A stretch of 62,783 bases of DNA, filler included, from Candidatus Woesearchaeota archaeon (GCA_046538795.1; 5 parts of 5 records of this genome joined end to end with filler, not necessarily neighbours in it), one strand, 5' to 3'. Counted from the whole stretch's first letter, positions 48,920 through 58,982 are shown. A program made the numbers and translations. Notes: generated by a model from the letters alone, not told the origin.

Positions 48920-49080
48920 TCGCAATCTTGGGCTTTGTAGAATTGCTCTTTTGAATTGCAAGCCGACTATAGTTTGCTCGCCAGCGGTTCACAAATTTCG
49001 GTCTGACCTTGCCATTTTTGATTTCCTCAATATGTCAACAAAAGCACAGACTGTTAGCAATTCTACAAAATCGCAATCTT
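48920..49080. mobile_element. MITE-like element with 14-bp TIRs and 10-bp flanking direct repeat
   Basis: TTTGTAGAATTGCT (48934-48947) and AGCAATTCTACAAA (49056-49069); TCGCAATCTT at 48920-48929 and 49071-49080. Confidence 0.75.
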
Positions 49081-49190
49081 TATACATTGTAAATAGTTTC
49101 AAAAATCATATGAATAAAGGTTGAAGTTCTGTTTTTTGATAAAAGTCATAACGATAAATATAAAAATGAACTAAGATATAATCTGATATT

Positions 49191-49781
49191 ATGGCTGAAC
49201 TTGAATCCATAATCGGACCGCTTGAGACAATAACTGATCTTTTTACAGGGCTTGTCTCTCAACTTGTCGTTGCACTTATAATATTTTTTGTTGGTTTTAT
49301 AATAGGAAAACTTCTGGGAAAACTTACCACAAAAATACTTAATGAGCTAAATCTCAATTATTTTGTAAGAAAAACTCTCGGAATCAAGTTCTCTTTTGAA
49401 GATCTTATTGGAGCTTTTGTAACCTATTTTATCTATTTCATATCTCTTATTATGGCCCTTAATCAGATAGGCCTTACTACAACCATGTTCACGATAATCT
49501 TTGTTGCAATCATAGTACTTATCGTTGTATCGGTAATATTGAGCATCAAGGATTTCATCCCAAACTTTGTATCAGGACTTATAATAAGGCAAAAAAATTT
49601 CATTGAGGAAGGCGATGTTATCAGGATAAAAAATATCGAAGGCAAGGTAATAAACATCGATCTTCTTGAGACACAGGTAGAAAATAAGCACAAAGACATA
49701 ATCTACATACCAAACTCAATACTTACAAAACATGAAATTATCAATTACAGGGTAAACAGGAAATCTAAGAAAAATAACTGA
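49191..49781 (+). CDS. Small-conductance mechanosensitive channel (short MscS)
   Basis: TM helices, IKDFIPNFVSG, GDVI, EGKV, IPNS. Confidence 0.85.
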   Translation: MAELESIIGPLETITDLFTGLVSQLVVALIIFFVGFIIGKLLGKLTTKILNELNLNYFVRKTLGIKFSFEDLIGAFVTYFIYFISLIMALNQIGLTTTMFTIIFVAIIVLIVVSVILSIKDFIPNFVSGLIIRQKNFIEEGDVIRIKNIEGKVINIDLLETQVENKHKDIIYIPNSILTKHEIINYRVNRKSKKNN

Positions 49782-49802
49782 TTTTTTTATACTTTTAGAA
49801 AT

Positions 49803-50495
49803 TCAAAGCATCTTTCTTAAGAAACCCATAAGGGCAAATGCTTCTCTTCTTGTAAGCATTGATTTTGTCGCGATATGCTTCCAAAGCAGTCTTTGAGTTT
49901 CTTTCTTCTCTTTTGTCGAATAATCCTGAGTCTCAAGCACCTTGTCTATAAGATCCAGTATGATATCTATCTCTTTTCTTGAGATAGGTGTGAATTTTTT
50001 CTGTATCTTGTCAGGATTCTTTTGCTGGTATATCTCATAAAGCAAAACAGCTATTGCATGAGACAGATTTAGTGCAGAATATCCTGATGCCGGGATGCTT
50101 GTGATAAAATCCATTTTGCTGATCTCTTTATTGGTAAGTCCGCTTGACTCTCTTCCAAATACCAGTGCGATCTGTCTTTTTGCAGAATTGATAGAAGATA
50201 ATTTTTCTGAAAGTTCTTTGGGCGTCATCGGGCTTCTTGGAATGTTGAAATCATTTCCCAACTTGCTTGTGGTTCCAATCCTGTAATCATATATCGATAG
50301 TTTGTCAAAAGAAATTTTCTTTGCTTTTGAAAGTATATCATTTGCATGCTTGGCTCTTTTTCTTGCATCTTCTGAAAGATGATCGCATGCAGGATTTACA
50401 AGAACAAGATTCCTGAATCCAAAATTTTTCATGACTCTTGCTGCTGCTCCTATGTTTCCGGGATTCTCCGGCTCAACCAAAACTACATCTATCAT
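49803..50495 (-). CDS. trmJ: SPOUT RNA methyltransferase, TrmJ family
   Basis: VLVEPENPGNIGAAARVMKNFG, VFGRESSGL, LNLSHA. Confidence 0.9.
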   Translation of the reverse strand: MIDVVLVEPENPGNIGAAARVMKNFGFRNLVLVNPACDHLSEDARKRAKHANDILSKAKKISFDKLSIYDYRIGTTSKLGNDFNIPRSPMTPKELSEKLSSINSAKRQIALVFGRESSGLTNKEISKMDFITSIPASGYSALNLSHAIAVLLYEIYQQKNPDKIQKKFTPISRKEIDIILDLIDKVLETQDYSTKEKKETQRLLWKHIATKSMLTRREAFALMGFLRKML

Positions 50496-50504
50496 CTTTG
50501 TGAT

Positions 50505-51647
50505 TCACCATTCCATCTTTTCAGCTATGTATGTTATAATGCCTGTGAGTATAGCGATTATCGCAACAAGCACGCCTGCATATATGAAAAAAGGTACAGA
50601 CATAAGCCCGATGCTTAATTTTGTTATGAGCCTTATTGGGTTCAAGCTGAAAAGAGGTGCACTTATAAATAAAAGTATTATGAAAAATGAGTAAGTTATC
50701 TGGGATTTTGTCTTGTCTTTAAACAGCAATGTTATGATTATTGCAAAAAGGAAAAGTATAAGGTCAAGAAATATAGCAAGGCTTGTTATCAGCGGAAGGT
50801 GCGCTATCTGTATGCCTTTCATTAGAAGAAGAGCCTCCCATACAAGCACTTGTGCAATGGACAATCCGAGTATGGTAAGCATTATCTCATATAGATATTT
50901 TCTGAATGTAGTTATTATCATGAGAAGATTTATGGTCTTTGTTTCAAGATCTTCAAATATTATGTCTATTATAAGACCTCCCAGAAGTATTCCTGGAAGA
51001 AGAAGCAAAAAAGGTATGACTATATTGTAAAGCGATTCAAAAAGAGATACAGATGCAGAACTTGCCTTATTTTTCATATTTATCTTTGAAAGCTCGACAA
51101 GCCTTTCATCATCAAGTCTTTCTTTTCTAAGATGATTCTGGAACATTTCGAGCTTTTCTTTGATTATGTTTGTAACAAGCGAAGTCTTAAAGTCTCCTTT
51201 GGGAACTGATGCCTTGACAAGAAAGGGAGATTCAGATGATGAAAATCCTATAAGCGCATCAACCTCATGATTTGTAAAGGCAGAAATAGCATCTTCTTTT
51301 GCAGCATATCTTTTTATGAATATGACGTGCTCAGCATCAGTTTCTAAAAAAGACAAAAATATCTCTGCATTTTCCCTGACCTGAGAAGAGAGCGTAGAAT
51401 TCATGTCATATACCCCTATTCCTATAGGAGCATAACCTGCTGCAGAAGGGTTGAAAAGTACATTTGAATTAGTAAGTATAACTGAACTTGCAAGTATTAT
51501 GAATAGCTGAAGAAATACGATAAAGAGAATAGTTTTTTCTCTTAAAAGATCTTTTATTACCTTTTTTCCTAAAGGAAGTTTTAGATCCTTCGAAATCCAC
51601 GTTCTTTTTTTTTCTTCTTTACTGGTTTGTTTGTTTTTATTTTTCAT
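50505..51647 (-). CDS. ABC-2 type permease
   Basis: N-terminal TM, extracellular domain, five C-terminal TMs; in operon with ATPase. Confidence 0.8.
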   Translation of the reverse strand: MKNKNKQTSKEEKKRTWISKDLKLPLGKKVIKDLLREKTILFIVFLQLFIILASSVILTNSNVLFNPSAAGYAPIGIGVYDMNSTLSSQVRENAEIFLSFLETDAEHVIFIKRYAAKEDAISAFTNHEVDALIGFSSSESPFLVKASVPKGDFKTSLVTNIIKEKLEMFQNHLRKERLDDERLVELSKINMKNKASSASVSLFESLYNIVIPFLLLLPGILLGGLIIDIIFEDLETKTINLLMIITTFRKYLYEIMLTILGLSIAQVLVWEALLLMKGIQIAHLPLITSLAIFLDLILFLFAIIITLLFKDKTKSQITYSFFIILLFISAPLFSLNPIRLITKLSIGLMSVPFFIYAGVLVAIIAILTGIITYIAEKMEW

Positions 51648-51662
51648 CGTGTTTTGCTAAAC

Positions 51663-53552
51663 TCAGAATCCAGCTGTTATAAGTATGTTAGTTGCCATGT
51701 TGATTATGAAATGGAGAGTGGTTGTTATCATAAGCGGTGTTGTGAAATTTTTGAATTTTTTCACAGAGAGTGCAAATATGAATGTAAGTACTGTATGTAT
51801 AAGAAGAACCACAAATACAAATCCAAATAATGTAGGTATCAGAAGCTGCAATCCACCTGAAAGATTAAGTGATGAATAAGCCCTCAGAAAGGGTGCTATC
51901 ATGAGAAGGAATAATCCTTTTTCTGCCAAAAAGAAACCCAATCCGGCAAGGAAAGCATACCAAAGAAGGTGTTTTGTCTTTTTTTTATGAAGCTTTTTCC
52001 TAAGTATGGTGTATACCCCCATATTTCTGAAGAGCTCTTCGATCAGGGCGGCTATGAAAACAAATAGTATAGACGTTGTTCCTGCTCCAAGGCTCAAGAG
52101 AAAAACCATCATTATAAGCTCTGCAAGAAATACAAACGGCACTGAAAAAAAAGATATTACAGCAAGCATCCAGACACGTTTCAGGATAAAAGACAATGAA
52201 TCAATTATCTTTTCTTTAATTGTCCTGTAACTGAACATGTCTTCATCATTCAAAAGCTTTGAGCCAAAATAATACATGGCAACCCCTGCAAGAAGAGTAG
52301 GAACTATCATGAAAAGATATAATTTAAGGGTTATCGCCTCATGCTGAAATATCTTTACGATAAGCGACAAAGGAGATGCCATGGAAAGAAATGATATGTT
52401 TACCATAAAACTCGGTATCAAAAGATAACATGTGAAAAGAGATATGAAAAAGATCCCCAGAAAAGAGAGTTCTCTGTGGCTTCTTGAAAGCATTGCTGAA
52501 AGGAATCCGATTCCCAGATATATGATGAAAATCGAAAATAACACGCCTGAACTTTTCAATAGTACAGAAAGATCTCTTGAAGAGGAAAGCATTATTGCAA
52601 TCGCAGTTACAAATGATCCTGCAAGATAGGGAATTGTTTTTCCTATTATGAATTCATATCTTTTTACAGGAGCAAGAAGAAAAAATACTCCGCGCTTATT
52701 CATCTTCTCCGACATTATGCTGTTTGCATATACTACTGCGATCATGCTTACCGGAATAGTAAGAAATATAACCATAAACAAAGTCTTGAGCTGATTGAAC
52801 GGATTTAGATTCTCCGGAAGCGAAAGCCCCTCATTAGAATTTCCGTCCCCAATCTCTTCTATAACCATGTCAACTGTTGATTCTGTATCTATATTAAGGT
52901 CAAACTCATTATCAGATAGGATATCCTGATCTTGTGATTTATCATTTGGCTCTTTTTCAATCGACTCTGTTTCTGAAGGATCACCTCCTGTTTCAGAAGC
53001 AGACTCCTGCCTTTGTGTATTTTCACGGTTGCTTTGCCTGTTTATTGACTCTGATTGATCTTCCTGCGAATCCTGTGCAGGAAGAGAATCCATGTATGCC
53101 TGAAGCATAAGATCTTCTCTTTCTATCATTTCAAGATCTACGCGCAAGGGATATGCAAGATCATATGGGTATTGTTCTGCAATTCTTTTATTATAATCCT
53201 TGATAGTCTTTTCAAATGTATAAAGAGCAGCTCTTGATCTGTCTGTGCCTGAAGAAAATATGTGTATCTCATCTGAAACTTCCACAATTATGTCAGCTTC
53301 TGCATCAGGAACTATCAAAAACTTATCGTTCTCAAGAAGTATTTTCTTTATCTCAGGATTTTCAGTGAATACAGTATAAAAGGTTTCATCGTGGGAAAAT
53401 CCTGATTTAAGAAGGACCATTGTTGTAAGATATATCAGTGTAGCAAGTATAAGCGTAATATAGACTATTTTTTTCTTTGTGGCGCTTCTTGATTTTTTTA
53501 TTTCATACCACGTTATTTTTCCAATCTTTTTGAAAGAATCATTTATTGCCAT
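51663..53552 (-). CDS. ABC-2 type permease fused to PrsW-like intramembrane protease
   Basis: SIMSEK..GKTIPY permease motifs; C-terminal EELFR, FFLAE, H, HFIIN motifs. Confidence 0.78.
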   Translation of the reverse strand: MAINDSFKKIGKITWYEIKKSRSATKKKIVYITLILATLIYLTTMVLLKSGFSHDETFYTVFTENPEIKKILLENDKFLIVPDAEADIIVEVSDEIHIFSSGTDRSRAALYTFEKTIKDYNKRIAEQYPYDLAYPLRVDLEMIEREDLMLQAYMDSLPAQDSQEDQSESINRQSNRENTQRQESASETGGDPSETESIEKEPNDKSQDQDILSDNEFDLNIDTESTVDMVIEEIGDGNSNEGLSLPENLNPFNQLKTLFMVIFLTIPVSMIAVVYANSIMSEKMNKRGVFFLLAPVKRYEFIIGKTIPYLAGSFVTAIAIMLSSSRDLSVLLKSSGVLFSIFIIYLGIGFLSAMLSRSHRELSFLGIFFISLFTCYLLIPSFMVNISFLSMASPLSLIVKIFQHEAITLKLYLFMIVPTLLAGVAMYYFGSKLLNDEDMFSYRTIKEKIIDSLSFILKRVWMLAVISFFSVPFVFLAELIMMVFLLSLGAGTTSILFVFIAALIEELFRNMGVYTILRKKLHKKKTKHLLWYAFLAGLGFFLAEKGLFLLMIAPFLRAYSSLNLSGGLQLLIPTLFGFVFVVLLIHTVLTFIFALSVKKFKNFTTPLMITTTLHFIINMATNILITAGF

Positions 53553-53594
53553 GTTAAGCAGCCCGGTTTATCAGGACATATGTAAATTAGATCT

Positions 53595-54452
53595 CTAATC
53601 TTTCTTGCCTGCAGTCATCTTAAGAAAGATATCCTCAAGTGATTTTTCTTCTACCTTAAGGTCTATTATGGATTTTTTCTCCTTGAAAATCTTTGATATA
53701 AACCTATTTAGTTTTGAAATCGTATCAAATTCTTTTGTCCTGAGCGTTTTATTTTGCCTGTACTTGACTTTGTAGATAGGTCCACCAAATACTTTTTTGA
53801 CATTCTCAAGCTTGTCATTCATTATTATGCGTCCCTTGTTAAGTATAATTATCCTGTCGCACACGAACTCTACCTGATGAAGGTTATGCGCTGTAAACAG
53901 AATTGTCTTTTCGAGTTTTTTCAGATCAAGAACATAATTAAGTATAAAATTAGCTGTGTGAGGATCAAGACCAGATGCAGGTTCATCATATATCAATAAC
54001 TTGGGATCATTCAGAAGAGAGCGTGCGATAAGGACTTTTCTCTTCATCCCTTTAGACATATTTCCAAGCGGCCTGTCCTTTTCAGGAAGATTAAGCGAGT
54101 CAAGAAGATTATCTATCTTTTTTTTTGCCTTATCTTTTGGTATGTCGTATAAGTCTGCAAAAAACATAAGATATTCCATTGGATTCATGCCTTCATATAT
54201 TGCAGATTCTTCAGGAACATATCCTATCTGCCTTTTGATCTTATCTATGTCTTTTTCATAATCAAGATCATCAAATGTTATCTCGCCCTTATCTGGCTTT
54301 AGAAGAGAACATATCATCTTAAGAGTTGTTGTCTTGCCTGCTCCATTAGGACCTATTATTGCAACAATCTCTCCATCATTCACCTCAAAAGATGAATTGC
54401 GCACAGCAGTAAAGTCGCCATAACTTTTTTTTAGATGAGAAACCTTAAGCAT
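53595..54452 (-). CDS. ABC transporter ATP-binding protein
   Basis: GPNGAGKTT, MSKGM, YDEPASGLDP, H-loop. Confidence 0.95.
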   Translation of the reverse strand: MLKVSHLKKSYGDFTAVRNSSFEVNDGEIVAIIGPNGAGKTTTLKMICSLLKPDKGEITFDDLDYEKDIDKIKRQIGYVPEESAIYEGMNPMEYLMFFADLYDIPKDKAKKKIDNLLDSLNLPEKDRPLGNMSKGMKRKVLIARSLLNDPKLLIYDEPASGLDPHTANFILNYVLDLKKLEKTILFTAHNLHQVEFVCDRIIILNKGRIIMNDKLENVKKVFGGPIYKVKYRQNKTLRTKEFDTISKLNRFISKIFKEKKSIIDLKVEEKSLEDIFLKMTAGKKD

Positions 54453-54485
54453 TTTCTATACCTTATATAAAATATGAAAAGATCC

Positions 54486-55004
54486 TTATTTACCTGACCT
54501 TTTGGAACTTTTTTTCTTTTTTGCAGTTGAACTTTTTTTCTTTTTATCTGACGTTTTTTTGGGGGATTCAGTAATGGATTTCTTTTTGTCATAGTTTTTC
54601 ACATAGATGAAAAGTGTAGCAAAGCCCATCTCAAATACTGTCGTAAAAAATGTCACGAAATCCCCTGTATCTGCAGAGAGATAAATCCCCTTAAACCAGG
54701 AAAGATAGAACATGATTAGCATGTAGATTCCTGCAACAACATAATATACAGGAAAAACAAGATTTACAGCAGGATATTTTTTCTTTATGAAATTTATGAG
54801 CAGATATATGCTAACTCCCAGCCAGCCTAATGATATAAACAGATTAAAAAATCCCAACAAACCCTGAAACAGGATACTTTTTGTCTTAAGAGATATGAAA
54901 TATGCTATGAAAAGAACAAAATTAAGTATTATGATACCATAAAGATACCATGAAGGAGTACTCCATTTTTTTGTATTTATCTCATCCAAAAAAGTCATTT
55001 TCAC
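54486..55004 (-). CDS. Hypothetical four-TM membrane protein
   Basis: Four hydrophobic segments and a basic tail. Confidence 0.65.
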   Translation of the reverse strand: MKMTFLDEINTKKWSTPSWYLYGIIILNFVLFIAYFISLKTKSILFQGLLGFFNLFISLGWLGVSIYLLINFIKKKYPAVNLVFPVYYVVAGIYMLIMFYLSWFKGIYLSADTGDFVTFFTTVFEMGFATLFIYVKNYDKKKSITESPKKTSDKKKKSSTAKKKKSSKRSGK

Positions 55005-55054
55005 CTCACATATGATTTTCTGGAAGAAGTCATATAAATAAATTGTCTTTTGTA

Positions 55055-55516
55055 TCAGGCTATGAAAACAAGAAAAAATATGAGTGTGAGAGTCATGAAA
55101 AGAGTAAGGACAAGATTCTGAAGTATCTGGTGAGCCTTTATATAATCTCTTTCTCCCTTAACAAGATCAGTCTCAGTAACTATGCCTTTTAGCATGGAGT
55201 CCTCAACAACAGCAAAATGCCTGACATTCTTGGCACGCATAAGCCTGCTTGTATTAATTATTGTGTCTTTGGAAGTTACAGAATATACAGGAGAACTCAT
55301 AACATCTTTTGCAGTAAGCTTTTCAGCATCTTTTGATCTTGAAAGTATCTTTTTTACAAAATCTCTTTCAGATATGATTCCAACAGGCGTTTTGCCTTTT
55401 GCAACAATCACGCAGCTTATGTTATTCTGAGCCATCTTTCTTGATATGTTTTGTATAGAAGAATCCGGCTTAACAGTAACAACTTCACGTGTCATTATCC
55501 CCTCAATCAAAAACAT
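55055..55516 (-). CDS. CBS-pair protein with C-terminal TM
   Basis: GIISERD, GIVTETD; hydrophobic tail. Confidence 0.88.
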   Translation of the reverse strand: MFLIEGIMTREVVTVKPDSSIQNISRKMAQNNISCVIVAKGKTPVGIISERDFVKKILSRSKDAEKLTAKDVMSSPVYSVTSKDTIINTSRLMRAKNVRHFAVVEDSMLKGIVTETDLVKGERDYIKAHQILQNLVLTLFMTLTLIFFLVFIA

Positions 55517-55604
55517 ATTTTTAGATTATGGAAAAACTGCTATAAAAAGTTTTGTATTTTAGTCACTTTCTGGTTTTAAATTTTCTTAAATGAGAAATGC
55601 AAAA

Positions 55605-56306
55605 TCATAATCCTCTAATCTCAACTTCATCAAAATATGGCTTTAGTTTTCTTGCAAATTTTTTTATCTGTTCAGGTGTGTACAAAAAAAAATCATTGAA
55701 ACTTGGATCTATAACATCACCTTTATTGAACTGCTGTATAACATATTTTTTTGATCCTTTCAGATATTCTCCTATCAGAAGAAGATCATTTTCTGTAACT
55801 ATTCCAGGAACAAGGGTTGTCCGGAACTCATAATCAAGACCTGAATTTTTAATGAGATTTATTGAATCAGATAATTTATCAATATCAACATTAACCGCTG
55901 CTGCTTCAACATATCTGTTCTTCTTGATTGCAGATTTTATGTCCATTGCGATAAAATCAACATAATTCCTGCCGATCAACTTTTCAAGTATCTTTGGAAA
56001 TGTGCCGTTAGTATCAAGCTTTACATGAAACAGTCTTTTCTTAAGTTCTTCTGCAAGATCTATTATTCCTGAATTAAGGCATGGTTCTCCTCCGGTGATC
56101 ACGACAGAATCAACAAGATGCTTTCTTCTCTCAAGCAATTCCAAAACCGAGTCAAGCTCAAGAAAAGAAGAAAAATCAATATCAGTCACTAATTCCTTAT
56201 TATGGCAAAAGCCACACCTGAAGTTGCATCTGTCAAGAAATATGACGGAAGCTATTCTTCCAGGATAATCGATAAGTGTTGTTCTTTGAAATCCCGCAAT
56301 TTTCAT
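55605..56306 (-). CDS. nrdG: Anaerobic ribonucleotide reductase activating enzyme (radical SAM)
   Basis: LIDYPG, CNFRCGFCHN, TGGEP, KLDTNG, YEFRTT. Confidence 0.93.
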   Translation of the reverse strand: MKIAGFQRTTLIDYPGRIASVIFLDRCNFRCGFCHNKELVTDIDFSSFLELDSVLELLERRKHLVDSVVITGGEPCLNSGIIDLAEELKKRLFHVKLDTNGTFPKILEKLIGRNYVDFIAMDIKSAIKKNRYVEAAAVNVDIDKLSDSINLIKNSGLDYEFRTTLVPGIVTENDLLLIGEYLKGSKKYVIQQFNKGDVIDPSFNDFFLYTPEQIKKFARKLKPYFDEVEIRGL

Positions 56307-56375
56307 ACAAATTCCCCCTTGATAAAAAAACAAGAATTAAAAATAAAAAAAATCAATGAAGCAAATATTTTGCAG

Positions 56376-56576
56376 TTATGCTGTTTCCTGAGTCTTGATT
56401 TCTTCAGAAACCTTTGAATTTGTGAGCGAAGATACAACTTCACTCTTAAGAGATATATTCTCTAAAAATTCAGTCCTATCCTGAAACTCAGATCTTTTTC
56501 CATGGTTCCAGTTCTGCACAGGCCTGTGATAGCCCACAACTCTTGAATATACTTCACATTTTCTTCCGCATTTCAT
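56376..56576 (-). CDS. Stand-alone NrdD C-terminal glycyl-radical domain
   Basis: CEVYSRVVGYHRPVQNWNHGKRSEFQDR; own GAGGTG SD. Confidence 0.88.
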   Translation of the reverse strand: MKCGRKCEVYSRVVGYHRPVQNWNHGKRSEFQDRTEFLENISLKSEVVSSLTNSKVSEEIKTQETA

Positions 56577-58697
56577 CTATGCCACCTCTTCTTTCTTCTT
56601 GCTTTCTGTATCTATGCTTTTTTCAACTGCTTGTTCCTCTCCGGCAGAAGATTCCATATCTGAACTGGTATCAGCAAAAGGCTTTTTTTCAGAAGGTTCC
56701 TTCAGATATGCCTTTTCTGATGCAGCCTGTTCCTCAACTTCATAAGGACAGATCTCATGTTTACCAGGAATGTATCCATGAACAGGACATATGCTGAATG
56801 TTGGAGTTATTGTAAAATAAGGAAGCTTGAAATTATAAGCTATCTTCTTTACAAGATCCTTGCATGTCTCAGGATCAGATATCTGTTCTCCCATAAATCC
56901 GTGAAGTACAGTTCCTCCGGTATACAAAGACTGGAGCTGGTCCTGCTTTTCAAGCGCTTCAAATATATCCTGGGTATAATTCACAGGAAGCTGAGTGCTG
57001 TTTGTATAATAAGGAACTTCGTCTCCGGCAGTTTTTATATCAGGATATTTCTCCTTGTCTATCTTTGCAAATCTATAGCTTGTACCTTCTCCAGGCGTTG
57101 CTTCAAGATTGTATATGTGACCTGTCTCTTCCTGATAATCCTTGAGTTTTTCTCTCATGAAAAGAAGCACTTCTTTTGCAAAAGCTGATCCTTCTTCAGT
57201 AGTTATGTCTGTATCCAGGAAATTCTGCAATGATTCATTCATCCCTAAAAGCCCTATTGTAGAAAAATGATTATTCAGGGTTCCCAGATAACGCTTGGTA
57301 TAAGGCAGAAGGCCTGTCTCAAGGTTATGATTTATTATTTTTCTCTTTGTTTCAAGAGACTGTTTTGCAAGGTCCATGAGATATTCAAGCTTTGAGAAAT
57401 ATTCTTGCTTTGATTTAGAGGTATAGCCAATCCTTGCAATATTTATCGTAACTACACCTATTGATCCAGTCATTTCTACTGCTCCAAAAAGACCTCCGCC
57501 TCTTTGTCTGAGTTCTCTCATGTCCATCTGAAGCCTGCAGCACATGCTTCTTACATCTCCAGGATTAAGGCTGCTGTTGACAAAGTTTTGGAAATATGGA
57601 AGCCCGTATTTTGCAGTCAGCTTGAAAAGCAGATTAGCATTTTCAGAATCCCAGCTGAAATCCCTTGTGATATTATACGTAGGGATCGGAAAAGTAAATA
57701 TCCTTCCATCAGCATCTCCTGATTCCATGATCTCCAGAAAAGCCTTATTTATTATGTCCATCTCTTTCTGGCAATCTCCGTAGGAAAAATCCATCTCTTT
57801 TCCACCTATTATGACTTTCTGATCCTTCATATCTTCAGGCACTACCCAGTCAAGAGTAATGTTGGAGAAAGGGGTCTGGCCTCCCCACCTTGTAGGAACA
57901 TTCATGTTGAATACAAAACCCTGAAGATCCTGCTTGACCTGTCCATAACTAAGGTTGTCCTTTTTTATGTAAGGTGCCAGATATGTGTCAAAAGAGCTAA
58001 AAGCCATGGCTCCTGCCCACTCGTTCTGAAGTGTTCCCAAGAAATTTATAAGCTGCCAGAGTGCAGCATTAAGATGCTTCGGGGGCTTGGAATTTATCTT
58101 TCCAGGAACACCATTAAAACCCTCATGGAGAACCTGCCTTATGCTCCATCCTGCACAATAGCCTGCAATCCCCATGCTCAGGTCATGAATATGAAAATCT
58201 CCATTTATGTGAGCGTCAGAAATTTCATGCGGATACACATTATTCAAAGTATAATTTGCAATCACACTCCCTGCAAGATGAAGAAGAAGTCCTGAATGTG
58301 AATAATTGATATTGCTGTTCTCGTTTACACGCCAATCTTCTTGTCTAAGATAACCATCCATCATGTTATTTATATCGATAAGAAGTCTTTTTGTATCTCT
58401 TATCCTCTTATGCTGATCACGATAAAGTATATAGGCTTTTGCAGTTTTTGCATGGCCTTCTTCAATAAGAACCTTTTCGACAGCGTCCTGCACAGCTTCA
58501 ACATTGGGTACCTGGTCCCCAGGAACACGCCCCTTAAGATAATATAGTACTTTATCGGTCAATTCTGTAGCCATTGACTTGTCGTGGCCTCCAACAGACA
58601 TGGCGGCTTTCATTATGGCTTCTGTTATCTTCTGTTTCTCAAAGTCAACTATCTTTCCGTTTCTTTTTTGTATCTTCAAAAAAAGCTTTGGCGTCAT
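56577..58697 (-). CDS. nrdD: Class III anaerobic ribonucleoside-triphosphate reductase with ATP cone, lacking glycyl-radical tail
   Basis: ATP cone (KRNGKIVDF...AKAYILYR), HIHDL..GYC, RSMCCRL, EATPGEG, TGGT, CPVHGY. Confidence 0.95.
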   Translation of the reverse strand: MTPKLFLKIQKRNGKIVDFEKQKITEAIMKAAMSVGGHDKSMATELTDKVLYYLKGRVPGDQVPNVEAVQDAVEKVLIEEGHAKTAKAYILYRDQHKRIRDTKRLLIDINNMMDGYLRQEDWRVNENSNINYSHSGLLLHLAGSVIANYTLNNVYPHEISDAHINGDFHIHDLSMGIAGYCAGWSIRQVLHEGFNGVPGKINSKPPKHLNAALWQLINFLGTLQNEWAGAMAFSSFDTYLAPYIKKDNLSYGQVKQDLQGFVFNMNVPTRWGGQTPFSNITLDWVVPEDMKDQKVIIGGKEMDFSYGDCQKEMDIINKAFLEIMESGDADGRIFTFPIPTYNITRDFSWDSENANLLFKLTAKYGLPYFQNFVNSSLNPGDVRSMCCRLQMDMRELRQRGGGLFGAVEMTGSIGVVTINIARIGYTSKSKQEYFSKLEYLMDLAKQSLETKRKIINHNLETGLLPYTKRYLGTLNNHFSTIGLLGMNESLQNFLDTDITTEEGSAFAKEVLLFMREKLKDYQEETGHIYNLEATPGEGTSYRFAKIDKEKYPDIKTAGDEVPYYTNSTQLPVNYTQDIFEALEKQDQLQSLYTGGTVLHGFMGEQISDPETCKDLVKKIAYNFKLPYFTITPTFSICPVHGYIPGKHEICPYEVEEQAASEKAYLKEPSEKKPFADTSSDMESSAGEEQAVEKSIDTESKKKEEVA

Positions 58698-58830
58698 CAA
58701 TTATCCCTCCAATAATAAAACAAAATTTTCCAGATATAGATAAATCTAAACCTACATCTATTTTAATCTAAAAAAATCACAACCCTCGTCAGAAACCTGC
58801 AAAAACAGGTAAATTTTAACTATTGAGTGA

Positions 58831-58878
58831 ACACAACGGGTTGTGTATGATTCATCTTTGAAACACAATATATTGTGT
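58831..58878. promoter_or_regulatory. Tandem NrdR-box-like palindromes upstream of nrdD
   Basis: ACACAATATATTGTGT (58863-58878) and ACACAACGGGTTGTGT (58831-58846), 32 bp apart; TATA-like element at 58889-58898. Confidence 0.8.
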
Positions 58879-58982
58879 AAATCAGGTCATTTAAATAACT
58901 TTTGTTTTGTCAAATTTCTGATTGAAATGTTTAATTTTTGATAAGGATGATTTAGATTTAAAATATATAATATCATTATTTT

